A stretch of DNA of 64,000 bases. It comes from a virus. Both the position numbers and the translations under genes were made by a program. The first letter of the stretch is position 1; every line of letters begins with the position of its first letter. Positions 57,931 through 64,000 of the stretch are shown here, one piece after another. Location: positions 6,655 through 70,654 of the IMG/VR virus record IMGVR_UViG_3300021197_001793. One strand, given 5' to 3'. The notes under the pieces were generated by a model. That model did not search any database, had not been told where the DNA came from, and was given only the letters and a program-made list of their open reading frames with translations.

Positions 57931-58265
57931 AAGTAGATAAACCATGGGGTCACGAAATCAGATGGGCTATTAACGATAAATACCTTGGAAAAATCCTCCA
58001 CATTAACCAAGGTTGTCGACTATCAAAGCAATACCACGAAGTCAAAGATGAAACCATATACGTCCTTGAGGGTGTTTTGTTGCTTGAGTTAGGCGACAAA
58101 GAAACCGAAACAAAGATACTGGGGGAGGGTGATAGGCATAGAATCACTCCCGGAACCGTGCACAGATTTAAAGCACCCACCTACACCAGTGTAAAATTAA
58201 TTGAAGTATCAACACCAGAGATAGATGATGTTGTAAGGATTGAAGATGACTACGGAAGATCTTAA
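57927..58265 (+). CDS. Cupin (mannose-6-phosphate isomerase-like)
   Basis: KPWG.E, LSKQYHEVKDET, PGTVHRF, DDVVRIEDDYGR. Confidence 0.85.
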   Translation: MKVDKPWGHEIRWAINDKYLGKILHINQGCRLSKQYHEVKDETIYVLEGVLLLELGDKETETKILGEGDRHRITPGTVHRFKAPTYTSVKLIEVSTPEIDDVVRIEDDYGRS

Positions 58266-58425
58266 AGAAGGTGAAGTATATTCAATAGAATGGAATGATG
58301 GAGAGTTTGTAACAGACTGCATGTTTGACAGGGAACACCGAGGTTTCCTTATTTTTATTGATGAAAACAATAATAAAATAATCTGCCGACCAGAAAGTAT
58401 ACAAGCGATTATTCCCATCAAATAA
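58246..58425 (+). CDS. Small beta-barrel protein
   Basis: LKEGEVYSIEW...ICRPESI. Confidence 0.55.
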   Translation: MTTEDLKEGEVYSIEWNDGEFVTDCMFDREHRGFLIFIDENNNKIICRPESIQAIIPIK

Positions 58426-58447
58426 ACACCTACTACTCCCGCCCCAT

Positions 58448-58484
58448 AGGCCATTAGCTGACGCTTTTGGCCTTTTTTATTTTT
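58448..58484 (+). terminator. Intrinsic terminator
   Basis: AGGCCA...TGGCCT hairpin followed by T-runs. Confidence 0.65.
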
Positions 58485-58516
58485 CCGCTCATAGTTACTA
58501 AAGGGGGGGACAATTT

Positions 58517-59200
58517 ATGTTGTTATTTTTATTTTCATGTGTTATGCCGATGCTGGACACCTCGGATGACATGTTGGTTGAGGGCGATGATTATGCCACG
58601 TATGAGGTGAGCAAGGTCGATCGCAGTATTAATTCATCGGTTAAGCTGGTGATCAAGTATGGTGCTGTTGAAGCAGGACACGCATCTGGTAATTATTTTA
58701 GGTATGGTAGAAGCAAGTTTATCATCACTGCTGCACACGTTGTAGACGGCGGAGAAGTGTGGATTAAAGACGGTTTAGATGTAGTTAAGTCAGAGACTCT
58801 ATGGGTTGACAAAGAGCGAGATATAGCCATAATAAGGCCGATGGGCGAACTGTATATGACAAAGCCTGTAAAATTTAAAGTTAATATGGACAATAATAAG
58901 GTTGGCACCATAGTTAGGTACGCTGGTTATCCATCGGAATTAGGAAAAATGGTGTTACAAGGAATGGTTGCAAAACAAACAGAGCAAAAAATCATACTAC
59001 AGTGCTGGGCACTACCCGGTTCGTCCGGTTCTATCATATTTGATCAAAAAGGTAGAGCGGTAGGCGTACTATCTGCTGTTGCCGTGGAGATGAACCCATG
59101 GGTAGGAATACCAGAAATACAAGAGAATATCGTGTATGCGGGGAGACTTGACTTTATTACCAGAGAGTTTCTCAAAGGAGTCTTGGATGGAGAGCCATGA
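58517..59200 (+). CDS. Trypsin-like serine protease, probable lipoprotein
   Basis: ITAAHV (His), DIAII (Asp), PGSSGS (Ser); N-terminal MLLFLFSC. Confidence 0.85.
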   Translation: MLLFLFSCVMPMLDTSDDMLVEGDDYATYEVSKVDRSINSSVKLVIKYGAVEAGHASGNYFRYGRSKFIITAAHVVDGGEVWIKDGLDVVKSETLWVDKERDIAIIRPMGELYMTKPVKFKVNMDNNKVGTIVRYAGYPSELGKMVLQGMVAKQTEQKIILQCWALPGSSGSIIFDQKGRAVGVLSAVAVEMNPWVGIPEIQENIVYAGRLDFITREFLKGVLDGEP

Positions 59201-59438
59201 CGAATACGAGTTCAAGTATGAAGTGGGAACCCTTATCGAAGATACTGGGAAGATAGGGATTATTACCAAAACATTAGCATCTGGCGCCTTGAAAACCAGC
59301 GTTTCTGCTATTAAGTGGCGTAATAATTATGAGATTAGCTATAATGACGGCGACGTGCAAATCATTGCGGAGACTACGTTTGTTAAATTGATTGATTCTG
59401 GGGTTATTAAGATTTTATCTGAAGATAATAATTCTTGA
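59187..59438 (+). CDS. Small SH3/KOW-like protein
   Basis: YEVGTLIED.GKIGIITK...YEISY. Confidence 0.55.
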   Translation: MESHDEYEFKYEVGTLIEDTGKIGIITKTLASGALKTSVSAIKWRNNYEISYNDGDVQIIAETTFVKLIDSGVIKILSEDNNS

Positions 59439-59463
59439 CATATAATTACTTATGTGTTATATT
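59435..59463 (+). promoter_or_regulatory. Sigma70-type promoter
   Basis: TTGACA-N17-TATATT with extended -10. Confidence 0.8.
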
Positions 59464-59480
59464 GCCATATAGGAGAAATT

Positions 59481-59723
59481 ATGTCAAAAGAAAAACAGAA
59501 AATCAAACTGTCACCGTTTGAGCAAAATAAAAAAAATATTAAAGACTTTCATGATAACATTATGATGTATGAATCTGTCCTTCTCATGGTCGAGGCTGCA
59601 AAGGCTATTGGCCTTGTGAATGACTCTGAACCCAATGAATTTGATGAAATAGAAATGATGCTCAAATCAACAATGATATCGTTTTCAGAATACATCGAGG
59701 ATAAGGGCGGTTCATGGAATTGA
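59481..59723 (+). CDS. Hypothetical protein
   Basis: SD AGGAG before ATG 59481. Confidence 0.6.
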   Translation: MSKEKQKIKLSPFEQNKKNIKDFHDNIMMYESVLLMVEAAKAIGLVNDSEPNEFDEIEMMLKSTMISFSEYIEDKGGSWN

Positions 59724-59881
59724 AAATAGGCGATTTAGTCCGTCACAATAAGCATGGCTTTTATGGAATAGTGCTTTCCAATGCAAGTTTTTGGGGAGAT
59801 GCAACGGTTTGCAAGGTTGAATGGGTAGGATCAGGAAAAACTCATATTATTGATATTTTATTTCTTGACAAAATGAGTTAG
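59714..59881 (+). CDS. Small SH3/KOW-like protein (not in ORF track)
   Basis: MELKIGDLVRHNKHGFYGIVL...KVEW, 55 aa. Confidence 0.6.
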   Translation: MELKIGDLVRHNKHGFYGIVLSNASFWGDATVCKVEWVGSGKTHIIDILFLDKMS

Positions 59882-59893
59882 CGATGATACAAT
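59865..59893 (+). promoter_or_regulatory. Sigma70-type promoter
   Basis: TTGACA-N17-TACAAT with extended -10. Confidence 0.8.
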
Positions 59894-59916
59894 AATAGTA
59901 CCAACAAGGAGTTGCC

Positions 59917-60480
59917 ATGAAAAAGAAGATAACATTAAACGAACACTTGAGAGGCCTTAATCAAAACTCAAGGGCGACTGGGTACGAAATCTCAAAGCTA
60001 AAAAGAAACGTAGCAAGAAAGTTTATTGACTGCGGCTATGAAGAGGCATCAACGGACGACCAACTAATCAGCGAGTTTATTCACATGATATTCACAACTC
60101 AGAATTATCGCTGTACTTTCTGGTTAAGAGTCGGCAAAGAGCAGTTAAATGGACTCTGGAATGCACCGTACAGAGACTACATTGGCTGGAGATCGAAGAT
60201 TATTTGGTATGAAATCGATCATGTGAACCCAAGAAACAATGGTGGTGGTGATAATCTTAAAAACTATCAATTTTTATCTGCCAATGCGAACAGATTCACG
60301 AAGTGTTCATTAACTTATGATGACTTACTACGTAGGGTTGATTTGTCGGAAAGATTAAAGCGTAGAATCGTAACGGTGGCAAAGCGTAGAAAAAAACTAT
60401 TTAAATCTGAAAAGTGGAAATTATTCATGCAAAAAATGGAGGAATCGAAATATACAAGCCCTCCAAAGGAGAAAAAATAA
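59917..60480 (+). CDS. HNH endonuclease
   Basis: QNYRC...EIDHVNPRNNGGGDNLKNYQFL..NAN..K. Confidence 0.8.
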   Translation: MKKKITLNEHLRGLNQNSRATGYEISKLKRNVARKFIDCGYEEASTDDQLISEFIHMIFTTQNYRCTFWLRVGKEQLNGLWNAPYRDYIGWRSKIIWYEIDHVNPRNNGGGDNLKNYQFLSANANRFTKCSLTYDDLLRRVDLSERLKRRIVTVAKRRKKLFKSEKWKLFMQKMEESKYTSPPKEKK

Positions 60481-60644
60481 TGAAAATATTACAACATCCA
60501 TATTTTAGCCTGTTCTGTTTCTTTTTGAACGTGTGGTTCGGGCTGCTAAACGCATCTACCGGTAGTTATTTGTTTGCAACAATTTGCGCTTTGTGTGCTG
60601 GGGTTTGCTTCAAGAGTTACCTTAATACAAAAAATGATGATTGA
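60480..60644 (+). CDS. Small membrane protein
   Basis: Two hydrophobic segments, SD AGGAG. Confidence 0.55.
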   Translation: MKILQHPYFSLFCFFLNVWFGLLNASTGSYLFATICALCAGVCFKSYLNTKNDD

Positions 60645-60837
60645 GGTTGGGGATCTGGTAATACACAAGTCGATGATTGGTCTGGGATTGGTAATAAATA
60701 AAGGCCTCAAGTCAGAACACTTGTGGGTTAACTGGATTACTGGGAAATATCGAACAAAAAATACACTAACATGGTCGGGATTGCTACATAAATACGAAGG
60801 AGGTAAACATGGCGCACATTTATTGGACTGGAGCTAA
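60634..60837 (+). CDS. Small SH3/KOW-like protein
   Basis: IEVGDLVIH...GLVI...WVNW. Confidence 0.55.
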   Translation: MMIEVGDLVIHKSMIGLGLVINKGLKSEHLWVNWITGKYRTKNTLTWSGLLHKYEGGKHGAHLLDWS

Positions 60838-61102
60838 GGCATCGGAAGAGGAGGTTAAGAGAGCACTCATGATTGAGACAGTAGAATGTACAGACAATGC
60901 TTTCACTGTTCGCAAAGAGAGTGATGATACGAGCACTCACATGAGTGTTTATGTTGAAAAGAAGGATACGAGTAAAAACACCGACTTTCAATGGAAAAAA
61001 CGACTACCGGTCAAGTTCATGGGCTGGAGAATACTTATAATTTTTGTACCTGTAGGGTACATCAAGGGTGTTATGGACGCACCAGTCAGAGAATGGGAGT
61101 AA
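60809..61102 (+). CDS. Hypothetical protein
   Basis: SD GGAGG, 97 aa. Confidence 0.65.
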   Translation: MAHIYWTGAKASEEEVKRALMIETVECTDNAFTVRKESDDTSTHMSVYVEKKDTSKNTDFQWKKRLPVKFMGWRILIIFVPVGYIKGVMDAPVREWE

Positions 61103-61105
61103 ACT

Positions 61106-61279
61106 ATGACAATTTTTAAAATAACAAGCGAGCATATAGCACAATACACAGAACTTCAATATTATGACCTCGGGTTGTATGGGTTGAAAATATCTGATGA
61201 TAGAGAAATAATGGTATACGAGACAAAAATAGTTGCAAAAAAAGCACTTGAATACTTTAAAAGTTCATTTAAAACATAG
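61106..61279 (+). CDS. Small hypothetical protein (not in ORF track)
   Basis: 57-aa ORF with SD GGAG filling the gap. Confidence 0.55.
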   Translation: MTIFKITSEHIAQYTELQYYDLGLYGLKISDDREIMVYETKIVAKKALEYFKSSFKT

Positions 61280-61287
61280 GAGGACAC

Positions 61288-62076
61288 ATGAAAGGATTCT
61301 ACTGGGGTAGCGGAGTGGTGCATTGTAGTTATTGTGGTCGCCCTAACCACAATATAACTACTTGCAAGGTAGTGGACAAATATGCAGAATTGGCATTAGA
61401 TAAGCTCTCTAAGATTCCGAGTTATATTTGTAATACACACGAACATCGTGCGCTTATAGAACTAAAGAGGCGTGAGGAGCGTAAGGTAAAGCTTAAAAAG
61501 CCCAAAAGCGCACCAAAGTGTTCATATTGCGGTGCTCTTGGCCACAAAAGACCAAAATGCGAATTGCTAAAGCAGTTTAGGCGGGACGTATACGCTGCAA
61601 ATAAAAACTGGAAGACTTTGTTTTCTAAGCGGATTAACGAGCTTGGATTGGGAGTTGGTAGCCTCATTGAAATTGATAAAAAAACTTCGCTCGGAAACTT
61701 AGATTTCAATATTAGCGATAATAACATTGCAATGATCACCAAATATAGTTTGGCCAACTTAAATGTATTTTGTGCCCTTGGTGGTCATAATAAAAAATAC
61801 CAAAGCAACACCACAGTTGATATTTTATCTGGGGACAAAACCGACAATTTTAGTATTAAATATCTCGGACATTTGATAGGCTATGAACTGCTCAGTACGG
61901 GATGGTGGTATAACGGTGGTAATCCAAAAGTGTTGAGTCCCATGCCTTGGGTTCCCGACCAAGAATGGATAAACAGCGAGTGGGACGAGGTTCTCAACTG
62001 GTTTTTTAATGATATAAAGCAAAATGAAGTCGATAATAGTGGATTAAAAAAGTTTATTGAACAGTGGGCAAAATAA
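61288..62076 (+). CDS. Double CCHC zinc-knuckle protein
   Basis: CSYCGRPNHNITTC and CSYCGALGHKRPKC. Confidence 0.75.
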   Translation: MKGFYWGSGVVHCSYCGRPNHNITTCKVVDKYAELALDKLSKIPSYICNTHEHRALIELKRREERKVKLKKPKSAPKCSYCGALGHKRPKCELLKQFRRDVYAANKNWKTLFSKRINELGLGVGSLIEIDKKTSLGNLDFNISDNNIAMITKYSLANLNVFCALGGHNKKYQSNTTVDILSGDKTDNFSIKYLGHLIGYELLSTGWWYNGGNPKVLSPMPWVPDQEWINSEWDEVLNWFFNDIKQNEVDNSGLKKFIEQWAK

Positions 62077-62089
62077 TATTAAAAAATAT

Positions 62090-62121
62090 TTGACAAAGAC
62101 CTACTACCGAGATAGTGGATA
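62090..62121 (+). promoter_or_regulatory. TTGACA-N15-GATAGTGGATA promoter-like element (variant copy)
   Basis: Same spacing as the copies at 62685 and 63816. Confidence 0.6.
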
Positions 62122-62159
62122 TATGTCACTGAGACAATTCATTAACAATAGGAGACAAG

Positions 62160-62675
62160 ATGAACCAGATTATAATAGGGGTAGTTTTTGAGTACAGTTG
62201 TTCCACTGTAAACAAGCGAATAATTAGACACAACATGCAGAAGATTAGAAAGAAAACCAAATATTTGAGTCCGAATATTATTGGCCATGATAATGCTTAT
62301 GTGTGTGAGTTCGATGATCTCAAGACTGCACAAAAGTTTGCGGACACACTCTCAAAACTCCATGATGAAGGAGTGATTGTCGGAGGTTGCGGCTTTGAGC
62401 AGTTACACAATAACGAAAACGACAGTTTAGACGAAATGGTGGAGCTTCTTCATGACTTACACGATTCAAGAATTGAAAATTTCATCTTATATACCGTTTT
62501 AGATTTGATGGAGGATTTTGAAAACAGGTTTAATGGCAGCACACCCTCACGAGAGGAATATCAACATGAAATGAAAAAGTATAACTTACCCTTCAAATAT
62601 CTTGATATGTTCATTGAGTTGTGCGATAATAACCTATGCTACGATGATTATGGTGATGAAGAGGAAGAAATCTAA
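62160..62675 (+). CDS. Hypothetical early protein
   Basis: SD AGGAG, acidic C-terminus. Confidence 0.65.
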   Translation: MNQIIIGVVFEYSCSTVNKRIIRHNMQKIRKKTKYLSPNIIGHDNAYVCEFDDLKTAQKFADTLSKLHDEGVIVGGCGFEQLHNNENDSLDEMVELLHDLHDSRIENFILYTVLDLMEDFENRFNGSTPSREEYQHEMKKYNLPFKYLDMFIELCDNNLCYDDYGDEEEEI

Positions 62676-62683
62676 ACTTTTTT

Positions 62684-62728
62684 CTTGACACCTACCACCC
62701 ACCATGATAGTGGATAGTATAACTCGAA
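62684..62728 (+). repeat. 45-bp promoter-like direct repeat, copy 1
   Basis: CTTGACACCTACCACCCACCATGATAGTGGATAGTATAACTCGAA; 43/45 identical to 63815-63859. Confidence 0.85.
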
Positions 62729-62744
62729 ACAGCGGAGAGCAAAA

Positions 62745-63476
62745 ATGAAACTCATACACACAACAGACCAGATTGATCTAACGATTTCCAGAGCGTCTAA
62801 AATATCATTCGATAAAAATGCGTACATGAAAAGAAAACTTAATATCTTGAAAGATTTGCGGAGTAAGATGAATAACCCATCCAAGCCTCTCTCTGGTTCG
62901 CAGATAAACTTTCTCAATAATCTTATGGCAGCGTTTTCAGATGAAACACTAACAAGAGAGGAAAACTGGGCCAGCGAGTGGAAAACAAACGCAGAGATAA
63001 GGGAACGTGCGGACGTAGTATCAAAATACTATATTGCACAAAAGGGATGGTTTATGGATATTTCCAGCGACATTCAGAGAATATTAAAAGACACAGGTTT
63101 GGATTTAGACCCACCAGACTGGAGCATGACTGAGAGAATGATTTACAATGAATACGCAGAAAAGGTCTGGCAAAGCCACAAAGCCCCACATAGATGGAAT
63201 CCCGGCGAACTGGTCTGTTGTAGATCGAACGCAAAAACCTCTGGGTGGCAATATTATTACGGCGACGGAATTGATATCAATAAAGACCCTTGCATGGTGA
63301 TTGAATCCGGCTCCAAACCAATATCAAATGCAACTAAGTACGATGAAAGGCGTGGCGGTTGCCGTTGGGTGGCGATAAACCCTATTGGATCGAATCATAT
63401 CTTCCATGTGATGGAAAAAGACCTAAAAATCTACAGACAACCAAAGAAAAAACCAACAAAGCGGAGCAAAAAATGA
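62745..63476 (+). CDS. Hypothetical early protein with C-terminal SH3-like domain
   Basis: Helical N-terminus; WNPGELVCCR...VMEKDLK. Confidence 0.65.
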   Translation: MKLIHTTDQIDLTISRASKISFDKNAYMKRKLNILKDLRSKMNNPSKPLSGSQINFLNNLMAAFSDETLTREENWASEWKTNAEIRERADVVSKYYIAQKGWFMDISSDIQRILKDTGLDLDPPDWSMTERMIYNEYAEKVWQSHKAPHRWNPGELVCCRSNAKTSGWQYYYGDGIDINKDPCMVIESGSKPISNATKYDERRGGCRWVAINPIGSNHIFHVMEKDLKIYRQPKKKPTKRSKK

Positions 63477-63706
63477 AAATAATCAACAAAAAAGGCAATA
63501 AAGCACTTATATACTATAATAACAGCTTTTATATTGTTAGCCAAGCCAAAAACATGTTCAGTGGCAATATAGAGGAAACTCTCATCTTTAAATCCGAAGC
63601 TGACGGAACCGTTACCAACCACATTGAAGTTGGAGGAGGTAAGTTGGTAACGCTTGATGAAGTGTTGAATAATATAGATGAGTACCTTTACCAACAGGAT
63701 ATATAA
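63473..63706 (+). CDS. Hypothetical protein
   Basis: SD GGAG; ETLIF...G.V..HIEV. Confidence 0.6.
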   Translation: MKIINKKGNKALIYYNNSFYIVSQAKNMFSGNIEETLIFKSEADGTVTNHIEVGGGKLVTLDEVLNNIDEYLYQQDI

Positions 63707-63814
63707 TGAGAAAAAAAATAAAAACAGCAGCCAAGACAGCGTCCTTTGTGGCGTTAGTCTGGACTTGTGTAGCCATTCATTTTTACAAGACAAGCAAAAA
63801 AAATAAGAAATCTG

Positions 63815-63859
63815 CTTGACACTTACCACCCACCATGATAGTGGATAGTATAACCCGAA
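63815..63859 (+). repeat. 45-bp promoter-like direct repeat, copy 2
   Basis: CTTGACACTTACCACCCACCATGATAGTGGATAGTATAACCCGAA. Confidence 0.85.
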
Positions 63860-63873
63860 CCGAGAGGTGAAAA

Positions 63874-64000
63874 ATGCAAGTAGGTGATTTAATAAAAGAC
63901 AAGAGAGGCAGAATGGGAATTGTTACACACAATTATAGCCTACATCCTGACCGGCCACGACCCCATGTATGGGTAGAGTGGTGCAACGGTGCTTCAAACT
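63874..64000 (+). CDS. Small SH3/KOW-like protein (3'-truncated)
   Basis: MQVGDLIKDKRGRMGIVTH...VWVEW; SD GAGG. Confidence 0.6.
   Translation, partial: MQVGDLIKDKRGRMGIVTHNYSLHPDRPRPHVWVEWCNGASN

Noticed and set aside
83-63829. Numerous minus-strand and alternate-frame ORFs of 60-200 aa in the ORF track
   Set aside because: They lie antisense to or inside well-supported + strand genes and lack SDs and recognisable motifs, so they are shadow ORFs.
1-64000. tRNA, rRNA, tmRNA or CRISPR arrays
   Set aside because: Intergenic gaps are short. I saw no cloverleaf with a T-loop and no regularly spaced repeat-spacer array. A tRNAscan or Infernal run would be the formal check.
1-64000. Stop-codon reassignment, as in some large phages
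   Set aside because: Conserved genes are full length in the standard code, and TAA, TAG and TGA all end genes at sensible boundaries.
1-64000. Diversity-generating retroelement or retron
   Set aside because: No reverse transcriptase motifs and no adenine-variant template/variable repeat pair were seen.

Overview
This is a 64 kb piece of a large, AT-rich, T4-like (contractile-tailed) bacteriophage genome, coded almost entirely on the + strand in the standard genetic code. Positions 1-26.2 kb are a morphogenesis block: fibre-like protein, scaffold, gp23-family major capsid protein, neck proteins, tail sheath, two tail tubes, a tail chaperone with a probable frameshift, tape measure and baseplate hub. 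Positions 26.2-50 kb cover replication and nucleotide metabolism: a minimal PolA, a divergent tubulin/FtsZ-like protein, an Sm-like/WYL_2 protein, SSB, a GHKL ATPase, RecA, 5'-3' exonuclease, DnaB, class II RNR, ThyX, a deaminase, DnaE and dUTPase. Positions 50-64 kb hold proteostasis and lysis genes (ClpP, amidase, GroEL, glutaredoxin, serine protease) and many small early-type ORFs. Beyond the gene calls, three promoter-like classes are visible: near-consensus sigma70 TTGACA-N17-TATAAT, a recurrent late-gene motif (A/C/T)CTANTTA resembling an inverted T4 late promoter, and a TTGACA-N15-GATAGTGGATA class. Also visible are two structured RNA leaders, a dispersed set of putative capsid-packaged cargo enzymes with T4 CTS-like N-termini, a family of about 10 small 'GDLV' SH3-like proteins, and a 64-nt pure A/T tract at the structural/replication junction. 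All product calls come from motif recognition by eye; no database searches were run.
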